The notes under the pieces were generated by a model. The model was not told the origin of the DNA. It saw nothing but the letters and a program-made list of their open reading frames with translations, and made no database searches. The position numbers were made by a program, and so were the translations under genes. Positions 18,696-29,800 of a stretch of 64,000 nt of DNA are shown here, one piece after another. The stretch comes from Candidatus Poseidoniales archaeon (GTDB lineage: Archaea; Thermoplasmatota; Poseidoniia; Poseidoniales; Thalassarchaeaceae), in the NCBI GenBank assembly GCA_012960975.1, contig DUAE01000033.1, positions 40,610 to 104,609 of the forward strand, written 5' to 3'. Each line of letters begins with the position of its first letter. The first letter of the stretch is position 1.

Positions 18696-20417
18696 ATGGC
18701 TTCGCGGCGGATGTTAGCATCCAGCATGATAATTATCATGTTACTTGCAACAATAAGCGGTTGTTTCGGAGAAGAAAACAGCAAACCTCGAAATGGTGAT
18801 TTATCAGTCGATATCGAAATGATGACTGGGGGTATTTTTCAAGATGTGGAATTCAACGCAAAGGTTCCGATGTCGGTTTTTATTCCATATTTATTGATTG
18901 ATTCAGCGACGGGATTTGTACAAAATTCAACGGTTATTGATTTAAAATCCGGCGAACAAGAGACAATTTCAATCTTAGCACCACCAAGAGCCGATACAAT
19001 GATTTTCATGTTCGGTGAAATAGGACGGCAAAATTGGCCGATACGCCATCAAGCGGAATCTTGGGTGACATGGATGTCTAATGGAGGGGATAATGGGGGC
19101 TCAACCAATGCCGTACAGAGAGTTGCTGCCGATGAGAATTCAACTTATGATTCGATTAACTATAGTACTGAAACCGGCGGTAAAGTTCTGATTAAATCTG
19201 CTTCAATCGTACGAGATATGGCCATAGGAATCGATGAGGGGGGTGCTCACTCGACTGGAATAATGCATGGTAAAGTAGTCTATGATCGCCTCTTTGAAAT
19301 TACCGATCCGGCTATTTCCCTATTCGATATTGACGGTCGAGAAGGGTACTACGACCGCTGGGCGGGGCAGGGAAACCCATCCTACGAAGATGGGGCTGCT
19401 TATCTTGCAAATGAGTTGAGTTCCTTTGGCCTTGAAGTAAAAACTCATAGATATGAGTTTACAGATATTTTTGGTTCCCAAAATCCAGAAGCATACAATG
19501 TCTGTGCTTACAAATGGGGAAGTGAAGTGATAAACGAATGGTTAGTTTTCGGCGCTCACTTCGATATTGCGCCCCCTGCTAATGCTGTACTGCTAGACCC
19601 TCATGTCACGGGATTACGAAGTTATGGCACCCGAGTCGGGGCTTACGACAATACCGCTGGAACATCGATGGTGCTCGAGACGGCGCGTGTTTTAGCTGAT
19701 TTTGAGTCGCGGCGAACAATGGTATTCTGCCTCTGGTCTGGAGAAGAGGGGGGCAAGCGCGGCTCTGATTATTGGACAGAATATTACGTCGCAGAAGATC
19801 ATCCTGAAGTCACTGTCACCAACTACATCAATCTCGATATGGCTGGAGTAAACTGGCCGGGGGGTGGAGGTGCGCCTCACGGGGATCCTGATCCACAAAT
19901 AGATGAGGGGGGGTATCCGAAAGATGCCGAGGTTTGGCCAATGCGAGTTTACATCGGACCTTCTCTCGATCATGATATCATCAATCAGCCAGGCATGGTT
20001 GGCCTGTCAAATTGGATTGGCTCAGACGCTCTGGGTTTGGAAAATGAAATTGGTACTTTAATTGGAGTAAACTATTCGGCTGACACTTGGAAGACAGATT
20101 CGTGGCTCGATTCTGAGCGACCAGAAATTATCATTTATGAAGATACTACAGCAAGGAGTGATCACGCAAGTTTCCAAGAAAACCTAGGGACTGTTACCGT
20201 CGGGTTTGGTGGCTTGGTCGATGGATATTGGTGCTATCATCAGACTTGCGATACTCTCGAAGAAATGGAGGATTGGATGGACACTACTGGTAAGGATTAC
20301 GGAGACCCAAATACAGGAGTTGCAAACCTTGTCAACAGCCTAGACATGATTACTTGGTGGGCGTTATTGACCTTCTTCCATTGTGATGAAAAACCAGTGT
20401 TAAATGAATATCTTTGA
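18696..20417 (+). CDS. M28 family metallopeptidase lipoprotein
   Basis: Lipobox ISGC, GAHFD, GAYDNTAG, GEEGGKRGS, NLDM, RSDHASF, YHQTCD. Confidence 0.9.
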   Translation: MASRRMLASSMIIIMLLATISGCFGEENSKPRNGDLSVDIEMMTGGIFQDVEFNAKVPMSVFIPYLLIDSATGFVQNSTVIDLKSGEQETISILAPPRADTMIFMFGEIGRQNWPIRHQAESWVTWMSNGGDNGGSTNAVQRVAADENSTYDSINYSTETGGKVLIKSASIVRDMAIGIDEGGAHSTGIMHGKVVYDRLFEITDPAISLFDIDGREGYYDRWAGQGNPSYEDGAAYLANELSSFGLEVKTHRYEFTDIFGSQNPEAYNVCAYKWGSEVINEWLVFGAHFDIAPPANAVLLDPHVTGLRSYGTRVGAYDNTAGTSMVLETARVLADFESRRTMVFCLWSGEEGGKRGSDYWTEYYVAEDHPEVTVTNYINLDMAGVNWPGGGGAPHGDPDPQIDEGGYPKDAEVWPMRVYIGPSLDHDIINQPGMVGLSNWIGSDALGLENEIGTLIGVNYSADTWKTDSWLDSERPEIIIYEDTTARSDHASFQENLGTVTVGFGGLVDGYWCYHQTCDTLEEMEDWMDTTGKDYGDPNTGVANLVNSLDMITWWALLTFFHCDEKPVLNEYL

Positions 20418-20536
20418 CATATGCCGGCTTAATATTAATAGACATGTTTGCTAAACTCTGTTTGCATCGCGGAATTCCTGTCACCTCTTCTCTTACCAAA
20501 GTTTGTTTCAATTCCTTTTCGTGTCCGCGATGCACC

Positions 20537-21379
20537 TTATACGCCCAAAATATCGTAAATGTTTCCAGTTAATGTATGATATGCGATGCTTAGAATCGTA
20601 ACAAAAGATACCCAGAAAATCGGATCAGACCAGGCTTTGATTTTCTTTCCGTCTAACGGTCCAAACGGCAGCATATTAAACGCCGCCAAAATAGCATTTC
20701 CCATCAACCATATTCCCAAAAACCTGTCAATGAATGGGCTCCAATCATTTAGTAAAACCATTCCAACTCCAAATACCCAAAGAGCGACGTTCACAAGAGG
20801 GCCGGCGATGGCAATTTTCCCAAATTGCGCCTTGGTTGTTTGTCCCGCCACCATCACCGCACCAGGCGCCATAAAGACAAAACCGAAAGCTGCGGCGATA
20901 ATTACTCCCCATTTCAAACCGGAAGGAGATGCTCTAAACTCTGCCCAACAACCATATTTCCGTGCGACAATTTTGTGGGCGATTTCATGAAGTAAAAATG
21001 CTGGACCAATGGCTGCTGCATAAAGAGCGCCGCCAATAAGAAATGATAGCGGATTTTGAATTGCTCCATATATCCCCTGAACCGACATAAAAGCAAGTGC
21101 TAACGAAAATGCAATCGTCGCTTGCGTCAAATGCTCAATTTCTATTTTCGAAAAATACCAAATTGAACCAGTGTGTATCGTCGGTTGATGCGGCTGTTGA
21201 GACGTTCCGAAGGATCGAAAAAAGGGTTGGGCACCTTGATTGGAATAGACCACGCGGACGTGTGGCTTTCGCCAATTTCCATCGTCCCGTGTACGAGTGT
21301 GGGTTTTCGAAGAATTACCGAGTTTGTCGAATGGATCTTCGTCCAGCCAATGAGCGCGCGGGTCACGTTTCTCTGACAT
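20537..21379 (-). CDS. Site-2 (M50) intramembrane metalloprotease
   Basis: HEIAH, IAIAGPLVN, FNMLPFGPLDG. Start trimmed to ATG 21379. Confidence 0.9.
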   Translation of the reverse strand: MSEKRDPRAHWLDEDPFDKLGNSSKTHTRTRDDGNWRKPHVRVVYSNQGAQPFFRSFGTSQQPHQPTIHTGSIWYFSKIEIEHLTQATIAFSLALAFMSVQGIYGAIQNPLSFLIGGALYAAAIGPAFLLHEIAHKIVARKYGCWAEFRASPSGLKWGVIIAAAFGFVFMAPGAVMVAGQTTKAQFGKIAIAGPLVNVALWVFGVGMVLLNDWSPFIDRFLGIWLMGNAILAAFNMLPFGPLDGKKIKAWSDPIFWVSFVTILSIAYHTLTGNIYDILGV

Positions 21380-21422
21380 TTCAAACACCTGCGGAAACCA
21401 TATCGTTTGAAGGCTCGTAACC

Positions 21423-21935
21423 TCAATCGCTGTCGAGAAGGTCACCAACCTCTTCCAATAATTCTTCCCATGTTGGGATTTTTTGTTTTGGTTCACCGGC
21501 TATTTTAATGAGTAATTCCTCCCTTTCTTCAGCCCCCAATACCTCTTCTCCCCAAACACGATTAGTCGCAACATTTCGGATTAATGATATTGACTTCTTA
21601 TTTTTTAATGCCTCAAACTTGGCTTGAATTTCTTCCGTTGTAGTGGCAGGGGTAAGGCCGTGATGGGCATCAATCAGCATTTTGTATTGGGCCATTGTTT
21701 CTCCATGAATTGGGTCATCAATATAATCAATCGGTTTCGCAAGCATGGTAACAAATTCTCTAGAAATACGGTCCGCTTTACTTTCAGCAGGGCCGTCTGC
21801 AATCTTATCACGAGTACGAATATGGCTCGATATACAAGATTTGCACCGAGGGGAGCCGGCTACATCGTCGGCATCACAAGTGAGGCAACAAATGGCGAAA
21901 CCCATCTGTTCCATCGCTCGCCGGGGAAGGGACAT
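21423..21935 (-). CDS. Hypothetical protein with N-terminal CxxC...CxxC
   Basis: CCLTC...RCKSC. Confidence 0.65.
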   Translation of the reverse strand: MSLPRRAMEQMGFAICCLTCDADDVAGSPRCKSCISSHIRTRDKIADGPAESKADRISREFVTMLAKPIDYIDDPIHGETMAQYKMLIDAHHGLTPATTTEEIQAKFEALKNKKSISLIRNVATNRVWGEEVLGAEEREELLIKIAGEPKQKIPTWEELLEEVGDLLDSD

Positions 21936-22093
21936 GTTTCAAGGCGTAACGATAAGGGAGAAGAAGGCTACGAATTTATGTTTATGAAAATAATATAAGA
22001 GTTTTTTCTTAATTGTTTGTTTTTTTGTTGAAGCATAGCTAAGAAAGGTCTATTCGGCTAGGGGGCACTCTGTTGGCGAAGGAGAGTCATACT

Positions 22094-22462
22094 ATGAATG
22101 AAGAAATCGGAATCGCTGCCGATATTAAAAAAGAAAAAGGTATACTAGTAGTCGATGCACAACTAACCAACAACGGCACCTTGCCGCTAGAGGATATCAA
22201 GATGTGTGTCAGTTTTGACTCGTCGGAATTTGCCGCCCGAGGAGGAAAATGTACGGACATGGGATATTTGTTTCCAGGAAATGTGCAATCACACACATTT
22301 TCTCTCGAGCCTCGTCATTTAGTAGAAGATTCGCAATTGAAAGTACGTGTCAGAGGAAGGATTCTAGATTCTAGAATCTATCAAGAAATTGATTTGGGTC
22401 ATGTAGATATGAAAGTTGCAAAGAAAGGATATCAGCGCACGCATATTGATTGGTTTGAGTGA
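22094..22462 (+). CDS. Hypothetical beta-sandwich (Ig/CARDB-like) protein
   Basis: VDAQLTNNGTLPLEDI...LFPG pattern, no signal peptide. Start could be 22073. Confidence 0.55.
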   Translation: MNEEIGIAADIKKEKGILVVDAQLTNNGTLPLEDIKMCVSFDSSEFAARGGKCTDMGYLFPGNVQSHTFSLEPRHLVEDSQLKVRVRGRILDSRIYQEIDLGHVDMKVAKKGYQRTHIDWFE

Positions 22463-22514
22463 GTGAGATTATTGATACTTCTATATTCTTATACCGCCCC
22501 TCTTTAGAATTAGC

Positions 22515-24038
22515 ATGGATAAGGATGAATTAATTCATAGTCGAAGATGGATTATTCTTGGAATAATGAGCCTTAGCCTCGTCATAGTGATGCTCAATAA
22601 TGTAACTCTAAACGTCGCATTACCTGAATTATCTAAGGATCTTCAAGCCGATAATACAGAGCTTCAGTGGATTATGGACGCCTATGCACTAATCTTCGGC
22701 GGAACGCTCCTTGTAATGGGAGCGATTGGAGATAGGTTCGGAAGAAAGGGGGCTTTACAACTTGGTTTGATTATGGTAGCCGGAGCATCTGCGTTTACTG
22801 CGATGTATGCCTCATCATCTAACGACGTGATCGCCGCGAGAGCTGTTATGGGTCTTGGAGCCGCTTTAGTGATGCCTGCAACTCTCTCTGTTGTCGTAGT
22901 TGTATTTCCTCCTGAAGAAAGGGGGAAGGCAGTTGGAATATGGGCGGCGATGGCTGGTGTCGGAGCGCCAATTGGATTGCTCGTAGGGGGATGGGCCGTT
23001 GAGAACTATGATTGGCAGATGGTTTTCTGGATAAATGTGCCAATTATTATTCTAGCACTATTACTTGGTTTGTTACTTGTGCCGAAAACTAAGGATGAAC
23101 AAAAAAGGCCCCTCGACCCGATTGGTGCATTACTTTCAGTCGCTGCTCTTGGTTCTATTCTCTATGCCATTATCGAAGGTCCAAGCGCCGGTTGGTATTC
23201 TCCTGAAATTCTAGTAATGGGAGGTTTGGGGATTATTTTATCTGCTATCTTCATTCGTTGGGAACGACGGGCTGAGTACCCTATGTTGCCCCTTGATTTC
23301 TTCAAAGATAGAGGATTTACAATGGGCTTAGTTGCGTTAATGCTCACTTTCTATGTGATGTTTTCATTCATGTTCACACAGATGTTGCACTTCCAATTAG
23401 TTCGAGAGCACACTGCTCTGGAAGCAGCTTTGAGATTTTTGCCTCTACCCCTCGGTTTGATGCCTGCGGCGGCAAATTCTGATCGCCTTGTAGAGAAATT
23501 TGGCAGTAATAATGTCGTAGCTTCTGGACTTACATTAGTAACTATTGGGATGTTGATTTTCACAACTGTAACCATCGATACTGATTACACTAAGCTCGCA
23601 CTGATATTCTTCCTATTAGGGCTCGGAATGGGACTCACAATGGCGCCGGCTACTACCTTAGTAATGGATTCAATTCCAGCCGGTAAAGCGGGAGTTGGTA
23701 GTGCCACTAATGACACCAGTAGGGAGATTGGGGGGGCTCTTGGTATTGCGATTGGCGGGTCTGTTCTAAATGAATATTATCAAAGAAATATGGTAATACC
23801 TGAAGGATTAGAATATCTGGGTCAATTACCCTTTGAATCATTCCCAGCAGCAATGAGAATAGGCGGGGGGTTATTGGGTGAAGGGAATTTACTCGGAGCG
23901 CAATTAATTGAAAATGCTCAATTGGCATTTGTAGAAGGGATGGTTGCTTCAGTCTATGTGGCTGCTGCAATTGCTTTCATTGCCGCCATCTTAGTCAAAA
24001 AATACATGCCTACTCGAATAATAGAAAATAAAAAGTGA
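22515..24038 (+). CDS. MFS drug:H+ antiporter (DHA2, EmrB/QacA-like)
   Basis: NVALP, LQWIMDAY, GAIGDRFGRK, WQMVFWINVP, about 14 TM helices. Confidence 0.92.
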   Translation: MDKDELIHSRRWIILGIMSLSLVIVMLNNVTLNVALPELSKDLQADNTELQWIMDAYALIFGGTLLVMGAIGDRFGRKGALQLGLIMVAGASAFTAMYASSSNDVIAARAVMGLGAALVMPATLSVVVVVFPPEERGKAVGIWAAMAGVGAPIGLLVGGWAVENYDWQMVFWINVPIIILALLLGLLLVPKTKDEQKRPLDPIGALLSVAALGSILYAIIEGPSAGWYSPEILVMGGLGIILSAIFIRWERRAEYPMLPLDFFKDRGFTMGLVALMLTFYVMFSFMFTQMLHFQLVREHTALEAALRFLPLPLGLMPAAANSDRLVEKFGSNNVVASGLTLVTIGMLIFTTVTIDTDYTKLALIFFLLGLGMGLTMAPATTLVMDSIPAGKAGVGSATNDTSREIGGALGIAIGGSVLNEYYQRNMVIPEGLEYLGQLPFESFPAAMRIGGGLLGEGNLLGAQLIENAQLAFVEGMVASVYVAAAIAFIAAILVKKYMPTRIIENKK

Positions 24039-24056
24039 GGAAATATTTTGATCCAT

Positions 24057-24953
24057 TTAGCCCAATCTTCGATTCAATTCAGAAAGTAATTGCTTTGGAA
24101 TTGGGCTCTCAACGGCTTGCCGTACACCGTTTGGATGTTCGAACTCGAGCGAGGAGGCGTGGAGGCAAAGCCGATTGACACTGGCTTTTCCAAATCCATG
24201 CCTAGTATCACCAACAACAGGCGTAGTCAAAGCGGCCATGTGAAGTCGTATTTGGGCTCTTCTACCAGTATCAATTTTGATTCTAATCAAACTGTGAACC
24301 GGGCCTTCTTTCTCTAAATTCCAATGGGTTATTGCTTCCTTTCCAGCCCGGCGGCCCGGTGATACAAGTCTAACCCGCTTATCTTTTGTTTCTTGGATTC
24401 GGGTTGTTTCAGTTCCTGATTCATTAGCAGGTTTTCCATGGATAACTGCATGATAAATTCGTTCCACCGTTCGAGCTTTAAATTGAGATTGAAGATAATC
24501 TCGAGTTTCTGCCGAGCGGGAAAATATCATACAACCAGATGTTTCTCTGTCGAGTCGATGGACGAGATAGGCGCGTGTTTGGCCGTTTGCCCATGCCCAT
24601 TTCGCTACTCTGTCAAACATTGTATCGAATTCTCCCCGGTCTGTAGCAATAGCAAGAAGCCCTGCGGGTTTGTCGGCAACAATTATTTCAGTGTCTGAGA
24701 AAAGTATTGATGGTTCGGGCATTTCGAGTTTTTGGTTTCGCTTTGGCGTATCCCCATCCGCTGATGAGAGAATGGTAACTTTAGTCCCAGCTAATATTTT
24801 TGCATTGGCTCGAGTTGCTCGTTCCTGGCCGACCCTAACCCGGCCGCGGTCAATCATTCGACGAAGAGAATTTCGTTTGGCTGTAGGATGAAGGGATGCC
24901 AGGACTTCGAGGAGGATTGTGTCCTCTGTGGTTTCGACCGAGGGGTCCGGCAT
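24057..24953 (-). CDS. RluA/C/D family pseudouridine synthase
   Basis: S4-like N-terminus, DKPAGL, HRLDRETSG, TGRRAQIRLH, LHA. Confidence 0.92.
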   Translation of the reverse strand: MPDPSVETTEDTILLEVLASLHPTAKRNSLRRMIDRGRVRVGQERATRANAKILAGTKVTILSSADGDTPKRNQKLEMPEPSILFSDTEIIVADKPAGLLAIATDRGEFDTMFDRVAKWAWANGQTRAYLVHRLDRETSGCMIFSRSAETRDYLQSQFKARTVERIYHAVIHGKPANESGTETTRIQETKDKRVRLVSPGRRAGKEAITHWNLEKEGPVHSLIRIKIDTGRRAQIRLHMAALTTPVVGDTRHGFGKASVNRLCLHASSLEFEHPNGVRQAVESPIPKQLLSELNRRLG

Positions 24954-24989
24954 GTACTTGCCAAAAGGTGCTAGTCATCAAACTGACCG

Positions 24990-26024
24990 TTACTTCCACC
25001 ATTCGAGAACTTCGCGATTAACACCAAATTTCTCCTTCCAAATCATACGGGCCGAGGTGAGCAAATTGAAGGGCATAGTTTTCATTAGATTATCAAAAAC
25101 AGATTCTGCCCTAACGCGAGACTCGCCCTTGTCGTGGGGATTTATTATTGAAAGAATTAAATCAAGAAGCTCGGTTAGCTCCTCTAAAGTATTCGGATTT
25201 TTCTTGTCCAAAATTGCCAAAGTTAGTTTGTCCATCGTACCATCTGGGTCGAGGTTGTTGTTTGATTCAAATTCCATCAAGGCTGCTTTTGTTTGAGAGC
25301 CAAAATTACCATCCACGGCAAAATTATGATTGGTCGTCGTGTTCAGTAATTCTTGCAACCTCGATACGTCGTTACCTTGGTCTCCCTCATGCAGAATCCT
25401 AGATCCTAGTTTTCCCACATATGGAGGAGGGGGGGAATTATGAGTTCCGCGGATTATGGTTTTCAGAACAAAATATAGGGGTGCTAAAGCGATTGAGCCG
25501 ACTACCGGAATCGCAAACCAACACCAGGTCCAGTACACCCATTGGGCGCCAAATTGATAATTATCTGAAATACCCAATGACCCCTCAACCCAAGTATGGA
25601 GATCCCAGGCTATCCACGCTAACATTAACCAAAACAACGCGAAAGGAAGAGCAAATGTGTAGCCTGCCATTTCATTTCTACGCCATTCAGGGGTAGGAAA
25701 AATACTCCACCAAATCATTAGCAATCCAAAAATTAATGGAAATGTGGCGAAGAAATTGAAAATGGGAGTCAAAAGGCCCCACCAGATCAGGCCGTCATTA
25801 TCTATACAATATGCGCAGTTCCCTATCCATACTGTATTGAGATAAGTGAGAAAGCCCATGGAGAGGTGGAAGATTAGCCAAGGCACTCCGATAAGAAATG
25901 ACAGCGAAATTGGTCTAAGCAGAGATTTTTCTGGAATTGGATATGCCGCCTGTTGCTCCTTGGTGAGTTTGTGCCAAGGGAGCCCGGGCTTCATCTCCAC
26001 CGGCGTAGGGGTCGAATCAACCAT
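24990..26024 (-). CDS. Four-TM membrane protein with peptidoglycan-binding-like (PGBD) domain
   Basis: LHEGDQGNDVSRLQELL...VDGNFGSQTKAALMEFESNNNLDPDG matches the PG_binding_1 pattern. Confidence 0.78.
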   Translation of the reverse strand: MVDSTPTPVEMKPGLPWHKLTKEQQAAYPIPEKSLLRPISLSFLIGVPWLIFHLSMGFLTYLNTVWIGNCAYCIDNDGLIWWGLLTPIFNFFATFPLIFGLLMIWWSIFPTPEWRRNEMAGYTFALPFALFWLMLAWIAWDLHTWVEGSLGISDNYQFGAQWVYWTWCWFAIPVVGSIALAPLYFVLKTIIRGTHNSPPPPYVGKLGSRILHEGDQGNDVSRLQELLNTTTNHNFAVDGNFGSQTKAALMEFESNNNLDPDGTMDKLTLAILDKKNPNTLEELTELLDLILSIINPHDKGESRVRAESVFDNLMKTMPFNLLTSARMIWKEKFGVNREVLEWWK

Positions 26025-26066
26025 ATAATGTGAGAAGCCGGACGTGAATATGTAGTTTATTGATTA

Positions 26067-26882
26067 CTATAATGAGTTTTTAACGTAATTAACTGCGTTT
26101 CTGAATATCGCCATGCCTTCACCCTCTCCATGCTCGATTTCCTCGCGAGTCCAGGTAGCGCCCAGCCAAGTAGAATGATTGGCTTCAGGATGGGGCATAA
26201 GGCCGAAAACGAGACCGGTTTGGTCGCAAACACCCGCAATGTTTCGCCAACTTTGGTTTGGTGATATTGGATATGGGAGGATATTGTCACTTGCACTAGG
26301 ATAATCGGAATTGGGGTTCACATATCGTACAACGAGTTGGCCGGATTTGGCCCACTCATCCAATAAAGTTCTGTCACCGGTTACGAATTTTCCTTCTCCA
26401 TGTCTTACTGGTACACGCATACGAGTCATGCCTTGAGTCCAGATGCATGGGCTGTTAGAATCGAACTCTAGAGTTGCCCAACGATTTTCATAATGCCCAG
26501 AATCATTTAGGGCGAGGGAAGCGGTTTGTGTTAGGGATACTTCTTCATCTCCAGGTAGCAAACCCATCTTTACTAAGACTTGGAAACCATTACAGATACC
26601 GATTACTGGTTTACCAGACTTAACGAATTCACGAACTTGTTCGCGCAGACCGAAGCGGAGGCGATTACCCATTAGGCGCCCACTACCAAGGTGGTCTCCG
26701 AATGAGAATCCGCCAGGGACTGCCATGATGTGGTAATCATTGAGGCGTACCTCGCCGTTAACGAGCCTGTTTACATGTACTCGCTCCGCCTTGGCTCCGG
26801 CCATTTCGAATACTGCCATTGTCTCGGTCTCACAATTGATTCCGAATCCAGAAAGGACTGCAACTCGTGGGGTGTCAACCAT
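26067..26882 (-). CDS. purQ: FGAM synthase glutaminase subunit
   Basis: GFGINCETE, PGGFSFGD, GICNGFQ, HGEG, GLMPHPE. TAATG overlap with purL. Confidence 0.95.
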   Translation of the reverse strand: MVDTPRVAVLSGFGINCETETMAVFEMAGAKAERVHVNRLVNGEVRLNDYHIMAVPGGFSFGDHLGSGRLMGNRLRFGLREQVREFVKSGKPVIGICNGFQVLVKMGLLPGDEEVSLTQTASLALNDSGHYENRWATLEFDSNSPCIWTQGMTRMRVPVRHGEGKFVTGDRTLLDEWAKSGQLVVRYVNPNSDYPSASDNILPYPISPNQSWRNIAGVCDQTGLVFGLMPHPEANHSTWLGATWTREEIEHGEGEGMAIFRNAVNYVKNSL

Positions 26883-29800
26883 TAGTTCGCACCTCCGTCT
26901 AGTGTGCCTTTCCAAGCCAATCTTAAATCGGCCATTGATGCACTCAGAACCGCATCATCACCATTGTTGAAAGTGATTTGGTCGTCTGCCTCAACACGGC
27001 CCAGTGCGTAGCAGGCGTGACCTTTCATCGCCGCTTCAAATGCGGCGCAATCTATGGTTTTCACACTCACCAATATTCTCCCTAAAGATTCTCCAAATAA
27101 GGCACCCCATGCATCAATACGGCTACAATCAGATGTAATAGATGAGATGTCGATTATACTACCCGAATCGCAGCCGAAGCAACATTCTGCTACAGTAGTA
27201 GCAAGTCCGCCGTCACTACAATCGTGAGCGCTGGCTACAAGACCTGCCCCCATCGCAGCGGTAAGTGAGCGATACATCGAAAGGTTTCGCGCAGTATCGA
27301 TTTCTGGTACAGCCCCCCCTATTCCGCTTTGACCCCCAGAGTCATCTCTAAACATGAAAGCTAATTCGCTTGCCCCTAATTCTTGATGTGTTTCCCCAAG
27401 CAAATATATGTGGTCACCAACATTCTTGAAATCGCTTGAAACGGCCTTTCGTACATCGGAATGATTGCCTATCAAACTGAACAATAATGTTGGTGGAACA
27501 CTGATTTTCTTTCCATCTAATATTGCATCGTTTTTCATAGAATCTTTACCACTTATACAGGGCAAATTGTATGCGCGACATACCTCATCAAGAGCGCGAT
27601 TTGCACGAACTAATTGTGCTAATTTGTAACGCCCGTCCGGAGTTTTTGCGGACTCGACTGAGTCTGGCCAACAAAAGTTGTCTAGACCGGCAATGAGATC
27701 CAAATCAACTCCAACACAAACTGCATTTCGTAGAGCCTCGTCGATACTGGCAGCCGCCATAGCATATGTGTCGATGTCTGAATATCGTGGAGCGATTCCA
27801 TTTGAAATAACAGCACCTTGTGTTTGCCCTTGTATTGGAGCAATTACTGCAGCGTCGCCCGGGGCATCATGATTGACACCACAAAATGGCTTGATTACCG
27901 ATTGTGCGATTACTTCGTGATCATAGGAGCGGACCCACCATTCTTTGCTGGCGACATTTGGGCGAGCCATCAGCTTGCAAAGGATTTCTCCCATCTCGTC
28001 CGCGTTGGCTTGAGGAAAAAGAATCGGTTCGTGAACAGGTGGTGCCCATTCAGATTCAAGTTGTAATTGGGGGCAGCCGTCGTAAAGGAAAGAAATTGGT
28101 AAATCGGCAACCGTTTGTTCTCCGAATCGAACGATAAATGAGCCGGAATCGGTAAAAATTCCGACTGCGGTCGCTTCGACTTCATGAAGATCAGCAAGTT
28201 TTTCGAAAGCTTCGCAGTCGGCCGCACTTACTCCAATTGTCATCCTCTCTTGTGACTCGGACACTAATATCTCCCATGCCGAGAGACCTGCTTGTTTCAA
28301 TGGCACAACCGAGAGGTCCAAGTCGGCTCCACCAGTTAACTCGGCCATCTCTCCAACACTGCTCGAAAGCCCTCCAGCACCATTGTCGGTAATGACTTGA
28401 ATCAAGCCTAAATCCCTCGCTTCAAGCACCATGTCTATCATTTTCTTCTGAGTGATTGGGTCACCAATTTGTACCGCCGAAGATGGGCTTTCTTCGGTTA
28501 ATTCAAGGCTGGAAAAGGTGGCGCCATGAATTCCATCAGAACCAACTCGGCCGCCAACCATGTAGACGATGTCTCCTGGTGTTGGCGTCTTGATGTGTGA
28601 TTCACGACCATCGGGTAACCGACGTGGCATCAATCCTACCGTCCCACAGTAAACCAAAGGTTTGCCTAGATATCGTTCATCGAATATAATTGCCCCGTTT
28701 ATGGTTGGAATACCCGACTCGTTTCCCCCTGCCCGGACGCCAGCATGTACTCCTCGGAAAACTCGAGAAGGATGGAATAAACCTTCAGGGATAGGTCCGG
28801 AATAATTCGGAGGGCCGAAACAAAAAACATCTGTATTTGCAATTGGCCGTGCCCCTAGACCAGTTCCCAAAATATCTCGGTTTACACCGACGATTCCAGT
28901 CATTGCACCACCAAATGGATCCAACGCACTTGGTGAGTTGTGAGTTTCAGCTTTCATACAAAGACTCCAATCATCATTCCAAGCGATTACTCCTGAATTG
29001 TCGTGGAAAATCGAAAGAAGCCAATCTACTTTGGATTGAATGTCTAGTGTCGGCGTCATTATGTGAGTTTTGAAAAGTGAATCTATAGAGCAATCTTCGC
29101 CGGTTTCGGTATCGACGTGGTGAATTTTTGCAGCGAATATCTTGTGTGAGCAATGTTCAGACCACGTCTGGGCTAAACACTCAAGTTCGACGTCGGTTGG
29201 AGCGTTTGGTACAAGTCCTCTCGTCCCTCTTGCGATTCTAACTTTTTTATTTCGATAGTGTGCCTGGATTGCTTGCATTTCTCCTAGGTTGAGTGCTAAT
29301 AATCCGTTTTGACTAATCTCGATTAATTTTTCATCAGAAACTTCGAGATTGACGATTGCCGGTTTTTGTTGTTGTAGTGCCGGGCGGTCGGGAAAATCTA
29401 ACGATGGCCAATTACCCGCTTTGCAATCAATTGAATTTGCAATTATTGCCCGCTCTATCATGCGATTGTGCAATTTACTTGCTAACCATTCTGATGAGAT
29501 TTCTTCCGGAACGCCCCAGAATAGATAGCTCCGGCTTGTAGCAACCTCTGCTCGCTCTGAAATACTTGGGAAAATTGTCAACAAACCATCGAGGCCTGCT
29601 TGTGCTGCGTTATCCGTAACACCGGGTTTGAACCCAGTCGTAATGGCTATTTGGGGGGCTATTGGAAAAATCATTTTGTTATCGAGTAATGTTTCGTTCA
29701 CGCACCCTTCCTCAATGACGGGATCTGCGAATAAATCGAAAACTGTGCGTTGAGCATCTTCATTGGTCATTTCAGCGCGAACCTGATATCCCAATATTAC

